From Eledone cirrhosa (Eukaryota), in NCBI GenBank assembly GCA_964016885.1, contig OZ024742.1, forward strand, positions 266,972,001-267,036,000: a stretch of 64,000 nucleotides of DNA, written 5' to 3'. The position numbers were made by a program, and so were the translations under genes. A model generated the notes under the pieces. That model did no database searches and was not told the DNA's origin. It worked only from the letters and a program-made list of their open reading frames with translations. This document shows positions 1 to 12,723 of the stretch, piece after piece. Numbering within the stretch: the stretch's first letter is position 1; each line of letters opens with the position of its first letter.

Positions 1-2318
1 AAAGACCACTTACCGTACTTTTGGTAGAGGAGGGATGGTTTTTACATCCCTTTTCACTTGATCGTCTGGTGAAGGGACCGTTGAATCGTCCCTTCGGCTG
101 GTCGTCGGCTCTTCTAAGAGAATGTCTGAATATACTCTTCGATTGATGGTTCCTCCTAGGTCCCTGAAATCACCAACTGCGTTGGGGAATTTCGGTTTAA
201 TGTTTGTGTATTGTTTCTGTGCTATTTTTAGCAGTCTTATGTTAGTTGGCGTTTTGATTGGTGCTGGTATTATGTAGTCGTGTTGTGAAATGTCTATGTG
301 TTCAATTATGTAAGTCATTAGTTTCTTGTTGTGTGTATTTATTGCCGTGCATTTGTTTTTCTGGGGGTGGGGTGTGGTTCTGTTTTTTTCTTGTTGTTGT
401 TGCTGGGTGTGTGTGTTTTGTTGTTGTGTTTGCGATGTTGGTGCTTGTGGTGGTGGTGTTGAAGGTGTTGTTGGCGGTGGGGTTGTCGCCGGTGGTGATG
501 GTGGTGCTAGTGTGGGTGGTGATGGTGTGTTGGTGGTGTTGCTGCTGTGGGTCTCTTTGCAGTAGACTTTACCCTTTTCTCATTTCTTTCCTCCCTTTTC
601 AAAGGCGACGATGCGCTGCTTCTGCGTTTGTGCCTTCTTACGACATTTTGCCATCTCTCTCCCCCCTCACACTCCATGTCTGATTCTGTGAGGTCGGGGA
701 GGGGTACCAGCTCCACTCTTTCATTTGTTGTTGTTGGTGATGTTTGCACTGGAGTCTCTGTTGCAGCTGCATTTGGTATTGCTGTTGTTGTTGTTAATAT
801 TTCCACTGCTGCTGCTGTTTTTGATTTCCGTGGAGTGGGTATGGGTGCCACGGACCTATCGTTCCTGGTTGCCGCTTGTCCTGTTGCTGGTAGCCGTGGA
901 GCCGGTTTCGGAAGGAGGGGGGGGGGGTCTCCTTTCTCATGGTCTTCTCGTTGCAGAAGGCCCTGAGGTGAGTCTTCGATCCACAGCGAAAGCATTTCGG
1001 GCGTTTTCTTTCAACACTTATGGGCAGTTGAGTGCCGTTATCGAAGTCTATCACATCCGGGATAGCTTCGATGCACTCCTGGTTGGTTTGGATTAGCATC
1101 TCAATGGAGGTGCCGACCCAATCTTCTCTTAATTTTTTCTGTACTTGCAGTACAGTTGTTTTGTCCTCGATTCCGACGAGGATAGACGCGGCCAGCCAAG
1201 AAGGGGCCATTCCGGGGGGGACGTGGGTCAGTTTGACCTTCACAATTTTTAGCCCGCAGTAGGAGGGCACCAACACCATTTCCTCGCTCCTTAGGGTCAC
1301 TACGGATTGGGCCTTTGCCTCCTGGGGTGTGGCAAAAAGTACATCTACAGTGGCATATTTTTTTCCTGGGGTGATGTGCGTTTTCCGCCGCCACACAGAC
1401 CCCAAGGCTTTTTGTATTTGAGCCTCTGTGGCTCTTTCCACCCTACGGGATTTTGTACTTACTGTACGATACGTGACCGTACAGTGCTGTTGGGTTTCGA
1501 AAAATTTTTCCGCTGCCTTGCAGATTACTCGGTGTCCAGTCTTTGTCACCATCTTCTTCGCTTCCTCTAATTCCTCATTTGTTATGAGGATTGTTTCCAA
1601 GTTTTTCGCAATACCTGCAAATGAGATTGCTTTTTCTTTGCTGCTGTTGTTGTTGTCGTCAGAGCTGCTGTTACTTTTGTTGTTGCTGCAGGTACTACGA
1701 CTACTGCCTCCGCCGCTGTTGCTGTGGTTGTTGTTGGTGTTGCTGCTGCTAATGCTGTTGTTGTTTATGCTGCTGGTGATGCTGTTGCGGCTGCTACTGT
1801 TGTTTTCATTGTCACTGTTGCTGTTGTTATTACGGCTGCTACTGCTATTATTCCTGACGTCAGACGTCAGACGTATTTCCCGCACACCTGTTTCGTCGCT
1901 GTCGTCGTCGTCGTGGAGAAACCTTGCACGCTTTGCACGAGACTTTTCTTTTCTTTCGTCGCTTGCGAAAGAGAAGGGAGGGAGAGAGACACATTTAAAG
2001 AAGGGAGGGAGAGAGACAATCTTCTCTCTGCTGTAGTGACGATTGAGGAAAAAGAAGACGGAATGAGTGGGAGTGACCTATGCAAATTCTTTTTCGTAGC
2101 CAAGTTGTTTTTTTGTTAAAAATAAATATTGGGTACAAAACCCCAATAAGCAGTTATTTAACCCCGAAGGGCCAAATAACGGGCAGAAAGACCCCTCTCG
2201 CGAGGAGGAGGGTGTTTTTGTCTACAAGTTGGTCTAAGTTTTAAACAATTTACAATTGTTATAGCGTTCAAAATTTACAGTACCTTACAGAGCCGAGCCT
2301 CCGTCAACCATAGCATTC
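1..2318 (-). mobile_element. L1/Tx1-type LINE, copy B: 5' UTR and ORF1; ORF2 would lie off the left edge
   Basis: ORF 794..1885 has an Asn/Ser low-complexity N-terminus, an RRM-like segment (KKYATVDVLFATPQEA) and a CCHC knuckle (CFRCGSKTHLRAFC). ORF 10..318 (KFPNAVGDFR..VYSDILLE) is homologous to the ORF1 C-terminus of copy A. The 5' end abuts (TTA)n. Confidence 0.85.
794..1885 (-). pseudogene. LINE ORF1 (gag-like, RRM + zinc knuckle), frameshifted; continues in 507..995 and 10..318
   Basis: CX2CX4HX4C motif; homologous segments occur in copies A, D and E. Confidence 0.8.
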
Positions 2319-2356
<38 letters not shown>

Positions 2357-2357
<1 letters not shown>

Positions 2358-2533
2358 TGTTTCTACTTTAGGCACAAGGCCAGCAATTACCCAGTACATT
2401 ACTGGTACTTTATTTTATCGACCCCGTAAGGATGAAAGGCAAAATTAACCTCGGCGGGATTTGAACACAGACTGTAAAGGGACGTAACTATGCTAGAAAG
2501 CATGGCGTACAACCCTCTACGGATACTGCCAAT
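2357..2533 (-). mobile_element. tRNA-derived SINE, family 1, with (TTA)n tail at 2318-2357
   Basis: A-box-like TGGCAGTATCCG, B-box GTTCAAATCC and shared core GGGTCGATAAAATAAAGTACCAG; matches the copies at 13057, 17615 and 52530. Confidence 0.85.
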
Positions 2534-5500
2534 TCAGGGGGGAAACCTCCGAGGGTTACTCGTGGCGAAAACCACACAAAAGACCACGGCCACCCTGACC
2601 ACCAGGGCAAGCGCCCTCTCTCAATTTTTCCATTTCTCAAACTACAGGCGTATATTCAGAGCGGTCCCGTTCACTCGGACCATTCTCGCTACATTCACCC
2701 ACCTTTCAACAAACTTGCTAGAAGGCAGCACTTGCCTCTCCACCCTGATTTTCCTCTTCAAGTGAAACTTGAAAAAGTTAATTAGGGATTCGCCGAAGAG
2801 GAAAGTGTCTGTCTTTAACAATTTCAACCTTGTCCACCACACAATCTCTTTCGCCATGGCCACCAGGCAGATGAAAACCGCCTACCCTTCCTCCTCGAAG
2901 AAAGACGGCGAGACCATCTGCACCATGGACTCAGTCGATAACTGGATCAGTCCTACACGCGACAGCAACTGTTTGACATAGCTCCACAAGTCAGCAATGC
3001 TCGGGCACTGAACGAGTGCGTGCACAACGGTTTCGTCCCTCTGCGCGCATCTCGGACAGGGTCGTCTGACGGCACTTCCGTGCCTGTAGAGCTCATCTCG
3101 AACCGGCAGCGTTCCCCAGTAGCACTGCCAGGCCAAGGATTTTTGAAAGTTATCCAAGCGCTAACCCTAGGTCTTTTTCTGACCCAGGACTGCAGCTCCG
3201 TGAAGGAGACGAGCTGTGGGAAAACGTGCCTGGCGAACGGCGACGACACGTGTTCACCGTCAAGGAAGCACAAGAGATGTCGCAGCCTCAGCGCATGTTT
3301 GCGCATCATCAGCCATTCCCAGTCCTCCAAGCAACGGGTGTTGACAGCAGATGGATCGTCTGACCATGGGAGCGTGTCGCTTCCACAAAAAGCGGAAAAG
3401 GAGGTGCTCCATTTTGGTGAGAGTTGGGCCGGAGCAAGGGACGACGGTGATGCGGTAGCAGATGACGGATGTGATGTACGCATTCGCCACCTCCGCCCGG
3501 CCTTTCAGGAACACCTTCCTCTCGGCGCATTTCTGGGTGAGGGAGGCCACCTTGCTCGTCTCCTCGTTCCAGTTTTTCTCCATCTGGAGGTCCGGTCCGA
3601 ACGAGACCCCGAGCAATTTAACCGGTCCGTCCGTCCAACGCCCCACAACGCTGTCGGACGGCATGGACTTGCCTCTCGAGGTGCCGAGCTGCAAGCCCAC
3701 CGACTTTTCCTGGTTTATCTTTGCTCCTGTCACCGCTTCGTATTGCTTGAGAGCGCTGCCGAGCATCTGGACGTGTCTGGTGCTCGACACCACCACGGTG
3801 ACGTCGTCGACGTAAGCCGACTCGGATTTCCCGCATCCTAGTTCTCGTAGGACGCCCCCCATCGCCCCCAGTTTGTGCAGTAACGGCCCGAGAGCCAATA
3901 CGTACAAGAGGGACGAGAGGGGACAACCCTGGCGGACTGAGCGCATGATGCTGAACGGCTGCGAAAGGTGACCGTTCACCCTCACAACTGAAGAGATGTC
4001 GCTGTACATAGCTGCGATCCAAGCTCTGAAAACGGGCCCGAAACCGGCTGCATCGAGGACCGCCGCCAGGTACCGATGGTCGACCCTATCGAATGCTTTG
4101 GATTGATCCAAGTTGGTCAGGGCCCCACCCGTGCCAGGTTCCTTAATCACCCTCTCTATGATGTATCGCATGAGGTGGAGGTTGTCGTGTATGCATCTAT
4201 CGCGAATGGCGCATGTCTGCGTCTCTCCCACCAGACCCTTGACGACAAGCGCCAACCTCGTTGCTAACACCTTGGCCAAAATCTTGGACTCTGCGTTTAG
4301 CAGGGTTATGGGCCTGAAATTATCGATAACATCCCCCTTTTTCGGGTCTTATCTCAGCAGCGCCACCGCTCCCCGGCTCACAAAACTGGGAATGCTCCCG
4401 TTCTACTGCCAGTTGCAGTAGACGTCTGCCAAGAGGTCACCGAACAAGTCTGGCATAAATGCATAAAGCTCGTAAGGCAGACCATCCAAACCTGGCGATT
4501 TACCCCACGTGCAGTTAGCCATCGCTTCCCGTATTTCACCGGCTGTTATTGGCTTTTCGCAACTTTGTGCTGCTGTCGTCGAGAGCCGAGGCAGTCCGTC
4601 GATGTATGCACTGAAGTCCATGCCCCGATCCGGGCCGCCGTTTCTCCCGAACAGTTCAGCAAAGTGCTGTTGAAAAGCCTTACACATCCGCTCGGGCTCG
4701 AGCATCACGCACCCGTTTTGGTCAGACAAAGACCGAATTGTGGCTTTGTTGCCACGTCGCGCCTCTGCCACCCGGGCCCATTGGACGGTTTTTGTCCCCT
4801 CGTGTTTCAGAGCACGAGCTCTAGCTCTGACAACGCAGCCTTCGTGTTTTGCGTTGAAGAATTGGTCGAGTGCCAATCTCGCCGCAAGCACATCGGTTGC
4901 GATGCCTGTCCTAAACGCCTCTTCTAGCTTTCTGACTAGCGCTCCCTCTACTCTATTTTCCTCTATCACTACACCTTTGCTAAACCTAATCGACTCTACT
5001 TTAATTGCTCTTTTCAGGGCGAACCACCACCTGTTGTTGACGACCGCTCCCGTCAACGCCCGCTTAACTAATACGCTAATCCGGTCTCTGCAGGCTTTGC
5101 GTGTTCAGCTTCCAATAACCGGGTCCTTGTCTATGAAGTCTGTCTATGTCGATCTCACAGATCACAAATTTGAGGTCTGTGTAGTTGACTATTTTAAATT
5201 GTGGACAGCTTATACTAGCCTTATCTAGTTCTCTGCAGAATACCCTATCGAGATACGATCTGGATGACCCGATGCGGTTTGTCAATGTCCACATTGGCAC
5301 ATTCGGGTGATCCAGTCGATACCTGTCAGACAGTTCAAAACGTCTGAGCTGGTTGGTGAGGCTCTTGCACCCTCCTCCCCTATCCACTAGCCCCACACAA
5401 TCCCAGCGTGCATCAAAGATACCGTTCCAGTCGCCCACTAACACTAAAAAGCGGGATGTTCCAAGAAAGGTGTCTAGACGTCTGAAGAAATCTGGCTGTC

Positions 5501-7953
5501 CTGCTCCTGTTGGGGAGTAGACGGCCACTAGCCTGAAGGCATTGCCTTCGCTGCCGGTCACGTCCAGCACCACCGACTTACCTCCTCGGTCTAGGAAGAT
5601 GGCCCGTATGGCGAGATCCAAGCCTCTCCGAAAAAGAACGGCAACCCCTCCCCCCGATCCTGCACGGCTGGGAGATGCGTATACATCGTAGCCGCCGAAG
5701 ATCGGTGCGAAGGCTTGTGCTTCGGAGATTCTGGTCTCAGGGATGGCCACCACATCTATGCTTAGTGACCTCAGGTCGTTGAGCAGGTGAACCTGCTTCC
5801 AAGATGACCCCAGGCCACGTGCATTTATATTGCCTATTCTGAGTACAGTCATGTTGGATGAGAAACGGGGCAAGTGAGAAAGGGTAACTTACCTTGATCG
5901 TGTTGTGAAGGCACAGTACAACCGTCTCTTTGGCTGGTCATGGGTGTTTCCAAGAGGATGTCAGTGTATATCCTCTTGGTAACCGACCCTCTGAAGTCTC
6001 CAACTGCGTTGGGGAATTTTTGTTTTAAAGATTCGTGCTGTTCTATTGAGATTTCAATGATGCTTATGTTTGCCGGGAGAGTTCTTGGTGTTAGTGGGGT
6101 GTAGTAGTTTTTTTCTGTGATGTCTGTGTGCTGCTTTATATGTTGTATGAGTTCTTTATTTGCCATGTTTATGGCTGTATACTTTTTTGGGGGAGGGGTG
6201 ATTTTGTTGCTATGTTCTTGTTGTTGCTGTTGGGTGTGTGTTTAGTTGTGTTTGCGTTGTTGGTGTTTTTGGTGATGCTGGTGGTGGTGTGGTTGTTGTT
6301 GGCGGTGGTGCTTGTGGTGGTGATGGTGATGGTGGTGGTGTTGCTGCAAGTCTCCTTGCAGCCTTTACCCGTCTTTGGGTGCCTTCGCTTTTGGAGGGTG
6401 AAGCTAAGGGTTATTTTCTTTTTTTGTTTTTTTTGTGGCAGACCATTTGCCACTTCACTTCCGCCTCAGACTCCATGTCGGATTCCGTGGCGTCTCGGAG
6501 GGGTATGTGCTCCACGGCTGTTGGTGGTGGTAGTGGAGCCCTCTTCCGCGATTTTGTTGCCGCCACGGATGATGCTGCTTTAGTTGTCCGTCGCCTTGGT
6601 ACCGGTGCCACGGATGTTGCCCTACTACTCACCGTGGAAGGGGCTTTTGTGCTTGTTGCCTGCCCTGCTCTTGGTAGTAGCGGACCAGGTATTGGAAGGA
6701 TAGGGGCCTTCTTCTTCGTTGTCTTCTGAAGGCAAAAGTCCCTGAGGTGACCTTTTGACCCACAGAGATAACATTTTGGCCGTCTGCCTTCCACGATGTC
6801 TATGATATCGGGGATAGCGTCGATACATTCCTGGTCAGTTTGTATAAGCATTTGCATGCCTATACCTGACCAGTTCTCTCTCCTTATTTTCTATACTTGC
6901 AGCATGGTCGTCCTCTCCTCGATTCCATCAACGACAGACGCGGCCAGCCAAGTTATGGGCACGTCGGGTGGGACCTAGGTCACTTTGACCCTCACAATTT
7001 TCTGCCCGCAGTAGGAGGGCACCAAGATTATCTCCCCACTCTTTAGGGTTTCTAAAAAGTGAGACTTCGCTTTTTGGGTGGTGGCGAAACGTACGTATAC
7101 TCTGGCGTACTTTCTGCCTCGGGTGATGTGGGTTTTGCGTGCCCAGACGCACCCCAACGCCTTTGGGATTTGAGCCTCCGTGGCTCTCTCCACCCGATGT
7201 GACATTTTGATTACGGTGCGGTAAGTCACCGTCCGTAGCTGAGAAAATCGGGTGGAGGTTTCAGGGGAACTCTATTGGCGTTTCTTGTCACCATGGCCCT
7301 TGCGACTGCCATCTACTCCTCTGTGACTAACACTGTTTCGATATTTCTGGCCACACCTGCAAAAGAAGTGGTCCATTTTTCAGCGGTACCACTACTGCTG
7401 CCGCTACTGGTCTTGCTGGTGGTGCTGAGATCGCTGTTACAGGTATCGATGTCATTGTTGATGTTTTCGTTGATTCTGTTGTTGCTGTTGTTGTTGTTTT
7501 CGTTGATACTGTTGCTGTTGTTACTGTTATTGTGGCTATTGTTATTATTGTTGTTTTTGTGGATACTGTTCCTACTATCATTGTTGTTGCGGCTGTTGTT
7601 ATTGTCATTGTTATTGTCGTGCTAGAGCTTACCGCTGTTATTTTTGTTGTTGCTGTTGATATTGATGGTGTTGTTGTTGGTGTTGTTTGTGTTAGAAATA
7701 TTTGGTAATTTTAAATCTGTAATATTATCATTAAAAATGATATTGTTTTTATTTTTCAAATAATATTTTTACATAATACGCCACCCCATAATGGGGTGGC
7801 GTATTATTTACGAGTGAACCCCTATATTAGGTGGGTCCCTTCTTCTAAACTTTTATCAAGTTTAAAACTTGAATAAAAGGTTTAGAACGGTTGAAAACGA
7901 GGTAAATTGCTGAAAAAAACTGGAGGCGATAAGAAGCGTGGCTTCACCTTCGA
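2534..7953 (-). mobile_element. L1/Tx1-type LINE, copy A, near full length, inactivated by frameshifts and stops
   Basis: Order on minus strand: 5' UTR, ORF1 (~7700-5887; knuckle CYLCGSKGHLRDFC), APE endonuclease (5076..5873), RT (3260..5056), Zn motif (2882..3157), C-terminus (2642..2863), 3' UTR. Confidence 0.92.
2642..5852 (-). pseudogene. LINE ORF2: AP endonuclease, reverse transcriptase and CCHC zinc finger
   Basis: APE motifs NINARGL, ETR, VYSP, GDWN, SYLDR, YTDL; RT motifs KSPGLDG, LDQSKAFDRVDH, SVRQGCPLS, YVDD; zinc motif CPRC..ETVVHALVQC. Confidence 0.93.
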
Positions 7954-7984
7954 TAATAATAATAATCAATAATAATAATAATGC

Positions 7985-8130
7985 TTTCTTTATTAACCAC
8001 AAGGGTTTACATAAAATATAACATTAAGGACAGCACATGACAATACAGGACGGTACAAATGGGCATTTCTGCGTGTAAAAATGATAAAAACAGAGGATGT
8101 AACAAAAAAGAAACAATGAAAAATGCCCCA
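7985..8130 (-). mobile_element. Isolated 3' UTR/terminus of another Tx1-family copy
   Basis: Reverse complement matches the copy E 3' UTR (48570-48660) and ends TTGTGGTTAATAAAGAAA followed by (TTA)n. Confidence 0.75.
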
Positions 8131-8145
8131 ATATTATTATCATTA

Positions 8146-8330
8146 GGGCGGTGGATTGGCAGTATCGGTAGAGCGTCGGGCAATATGCTTTGTGGCATAG
8201 AATTACGGCACTTTACGTTCTGTGTATAAAATTCCGCTTAGGTTAGCTTTGCCTTTCATACTGGGGTAAATTTAATCGACTTTCCCACCCCTTCAAATTG
8301 TTGGCCTTTTGCCTATAGTAGAAATTATTA
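8146..8330 (+). mobile_element. tRNA-derived SINE, family 1
   Basis: Starts GGGCGGTGGATTGGCAGTATCGGTAGAG and ends GTAGAAATTATTATT. Confidence 0.8.
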
Positions 8331-10041
8331 TTATGATTATGACGGTGATTATGATAATGATAATGTTGATGATGTTGGTCACAATGTAGAAAAAAATAAT
8401 TACAAGTAAAAATAAGAACTGATTTAACAAAATATAGGCGAAGTTGACCAGATAGCTATGATAGTGTTGCTGCCTCACAAACAAACACCATACTTGACAC
8501 ACAATGATACGACTTCACAGATATTACACATTTACAAACCAATAAGCTATAACAATAAGCCAGTTGATTAGTTGCTCCTTCTCTCTAGTTATTTCATCAC
8601 TACAAAGCACTGTTTCTGGTCTCCGAATTAAACCGAAGCTAAATAGATTTCACTGCCTATTGTACCATTGTCGTGTCCCACACGCTAAACACTCCCTCTT
8701 ATAGACGTTCATTCTTACTATACATGCTATGCTGTGGAAGACTCTACTTGTGTTCATTCATTAAAAATAAATTAATCTGCAGATTTCCAGATGGAAATCA
8801 TCTGTATCAGGTGGTACGAGCTCGGTGTTTCTACAAAATCTATGGACAGAGATCCACACAGGGAATGGAAAATATATTGAACATGAATCTAAATATTGAA
8901 CATTCTAGCTAACCTATAAATGATAACTTCCTGTCATGCCATATGAATATCATTATAGAAATTATATATAATAGTTACTGCGATATACTATATGTAAAAT
9001 ATATCGAAGAAATTCATTTCAAAACTTACATAATCAAAAAACAGGTTTTGAAACAATTTCAAGTTTTGGAGATGATCAAATAAATACTTTTAAAGTTTAT
9101 AATTGTAATGAATACATATATAAAAAAACTTGAATTAATTAACATAACATGTAGAAATAAAGATTAAACCTATCTATATCTTTGAATTAATTAAAAAAAT
9201 ATAAAAAATATGAAAGTTTCAAATATTCTAATTAATATTTTAAATCATATGGAGATGAAACTTCAAATTCAATTTTGCTTATGAAGAAAATTTTAGAATA
9301 TGTATCAGGAAAATATAAAGACATTAGTAGGATATTAGAAAATATTCTCGTATAATTTCAAAATGTTGCAGTAATATATTAAAAATTGCAAAATAACCTG
9401 AATATTTAAAAATAATAGCATAATATATTTATGAAATATTTAAAAATATTTAAATATTTCAGTATTATTGAACATTAAAAAGGGGCCTTACTATGTGTAC
9501 AAAAGACGGAGAAAAACAATAATATAGCGTTTATATTTATAATAATATACATAGAAGTAAAGAAAATGCCTACTTTTATTGAAATGAGAAATATATTACC
9601 GCATAAACATTAAAAAGTAAAACAATAATAAATATAGTGAAATATGAAGTAGCTTCGCTAAAGTACGAATTCAATATTAATAACTTGGAAATTATAAAGA
9701 AATGCTTTATAATACACTGGATTAGTTCAATGCATAAAAGATCCAATAAAAGCGATAATTATAAATTTTATAATGAAAAACGCCGTTAAACCTCTGGCAA
9801 ATATAAAATATATTTATTAGAATTTTTACTGAAATAATAGAATATTGCAACAATAAATGCAAATATTTTTCTTGTGATAATATTTATTGTATGATTAATA
9901 ACAAGCATATAGTTACAAAAACGCGAGAAAATTTACATAATTCGTATATAATATATATATGATAGATTCATTTAATATTAAAACTTTGTACACACACATA
10001 TGCACACATACAAACACACACACACACACACACGCACACAC

Positions 10042-10113
<72 letters not shown>

Positions 10114-10116
<3 letters not shown>

Positions 10117-10282
10117 ATGAAATGTGGTAAAGAACCAGGTGGACCATAACGCACCAAAATACTCAATACTTAGGGTAGTAGAGTGGGTAATAGGAACGAG
10201 TAGGACCCCGACGGCTGAGCTCAAGCCGTTTCGACGGCTAATTCTGGACTCAGCTCAGCCGTCGGGGTCCTACTCGTTCCTA
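10114..10282 (-). mobile_element. Short (TA)n-embedded element with hammerhead 3' half and a 31-bp inverted duplication; probably PLE-derived
   Basis: Same family as 39755..39885 and 53000..53115. 10191-10221 is the reverse complement of 10252-10282. (TA)n on both sides. Confidence 0.7.
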
Positions 10283-10399
10283 TATATATATATATATATA
10301 TATATTGTACACATATATCACTCTGTGCTACGTTTCACAATGATTTTTCTCTCAACTACCATATACACACCTAGTTCATACTGATTCTATCGAAATAGG

Positions 10400-11215
10400 T
10401 TGGGGGTATTACGTACTTGGTTGGGGTTCAAGTGCTAAGTTCCTTTAAACTAGGCCCTTTGTGCTTCTTCACAATTAACACACTGATCCTTCCACTATTT
10501 GAAACATTTCAAGAACGACACTGCTCTACTGTTGCAGTTCGCCTGATGTCCTCTCTGCGCTCCATACCACAGATTTTCAGTGGCATTTTTATTTTTGGAA
10601 ACAATCAGAAGTGTGCATAAAGTGAGATATTTGGAGAAAATGAGCTTGGTTAATGAGCGACATACCTTTCTTTGCCAACAAACTTTGGAACATCTGTGAC
10701 GAAGGGACTTGTCATTCTTATGAAGCAGCAACCGGTTTTGCGAAGTTCACAGCTCCAGTCCTCTGCCCAGATCTGCATCATGTAAACATTGAAGGAATTA
10801 CAGATAGCAATCCTTCTGGTGCGTATTGGTGAAGCACAAGGCTTCGGTAGTCTAAGTAAACAATCAGCATTAAGTGACTTTGCTCCGTAGAGGACGTGCT
10901 TTTTCGGTGCCTTGACGATGCTGAATGCGTCCATTGCGATGACTGAGCTTTGGCTTTTCATGTTGCACTCGTACACATATATTTCAATTCTAGTTACCAT
11001 GATTGTTTTTTCTGAGAAGGCAGTTTATGTACAAATTTAGCTGTTAGTATGCTCATACACACATTCTTTAAAATCGCATTTGAAAAATCTTTAATGATCT
11101 CTGCTTTGTCATCGATTTACTGCACCATCAATCGATGGAAATCCATTATCAATGTTCGTACTTTCTCAATAGCAAATGCTTGATGAATGCTTTACCGAAC
11201 GTTATTCACTCTCCA
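10400..11215 (-). pseudogene. Decayed mariner-type transposase
   Basis: Fragments IEKVRTLIMD, AKFVHKL (cf. AKFVPKL), VTRIEIYVYE..KSQSS (cf. ITGDETWVY), LLHKND (cf. LLHDNA) and LFPKIKMPLK occur in the expected order. Confidence 0.75.
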
Positions 11216-11389
11216 CCGATATACAGCCATCTTTGAACCTGTTGTACTAATTTTCATTTGGATAACTCCCATAGCTGTATGATCAAAACCCTGTTGAATT
11301 TTGCTTGCGTGTACCCAAGTTATTTATGCAAGATACTATTGCCTTAACGGCAGTACTGGCCAAAAGATAAAGGTGGATACTTTTTCAGC

Positions 11390-12151
11390 TAAACTTGTAA
11401 GACAAATAGCTGCACCATTAAATTACCAAACAAAATGTGAGGACTGTTAGGATGCTGGGAAAAAGAGAGGAGTTGGATCGTTTGTTTTGAAGAGTGGTGT
11501 GCAGATTCCTGCGATCTGAGAAGACAGCATCCTACATGATGTGCCAGTGAAGAAGACGTTGATTGGAACAGGGAGCCAGCTCCTCGTTATATCAACTGTG
11601 AGGAACATAACTAATACTGCAGTAGGTGGAGTTGGGTTTATGTTGAGTGCATGAGGGAGATCATAGCTGTCTTCCCGCGAATTTTGATGGTGACCTTCAA
11701 GGGAAACACAAGACTGCCAGTCATCTCAGCCAATAATCCAACTGAGTGAGACAGTGTGTGGAGGAGATCCATGAAGATGTAGACCTACATTACTGACCAA
11801 ATCCCAAATTGATTTCAATCTGGTGAGGAGGAAGTGGCAGAATACTCTTCAGAACACAGAACCCTACAGTTATTTCAGTACACTTGGAAGTGATCGCCGG
11901 CTTGTTATTAGTGAGGTCTGGGAGGGTTTAGGAAAGAGAAAGGCTGAGCCCCAGAAATATATCTATGAATGGACAGCCTTCAAGGAAGATGATATGTTAC
12001 AGGAGAGGAACACAGTAAAGGTGAGGAACAGGTTCAGTGTTCTATGTGGAGAGGTTGAGGAGAGAGATTGTGGGGGGATTAATGAGAGTGTGACGAGGAG
12101 GTACGGGGACTTCACCACTGTTGTGGCAGAAGCAATTCAGGCCCTGGTGCC

Positions 12152-12249
<98 letters not shown>

Positions 12250-12722
12250 AAGGAAGGGTTGACAACTCTGCAGACCCACAATTGTATGAAGCCAGAGAAC
12301 ACCTGAGAATTGCCAAGGACCAATTCCATGCTGTTTCTACGGAGCAAAGGGAGAAGTATGTGGAGGTAAGGAAGGAAGAACTTTGTGCTGCACACACTGA
12401 GGCCGAAGAGGGGGTGCTGATGGAGAAGATCAGGAGTGTAGAGAGAGCGGTGGACAGGTGTAAGTATAATGAGAGTTGTACGATCATCAATGAGGATAAG
12501 GCCCATGGAGAAGATGAAGTGACATCAGAGGTGGTGAAGAGGTGTGATTTTAATGATATCATTTTGAAGTGCTGTAACTCAGCTCTGAAGAAAGGAGTTA
12601 CCTCGGATCAGTGAAGGATCAGTAACATCGTCCCAGTACCAAAGAAGGGAGATCTCACTGACACCAACAACTACAGGGGCATTTTCTCACTGATGTCACT
12701 TGTGGAAAAGAAACTCAACAAG
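11390..12722 (+). mobile_element. RTE-like LINE fragment (APE remnant, linker, RT start) with internal (GA)n at ~12155-12246
   Basis: VKVRNRFSVL, KAHGEDEVTSEVVK and NIVPVPKKGDLTDTNNYRGI motifs. Confidence 0.75.
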
Positions 12723-12723
12723 G

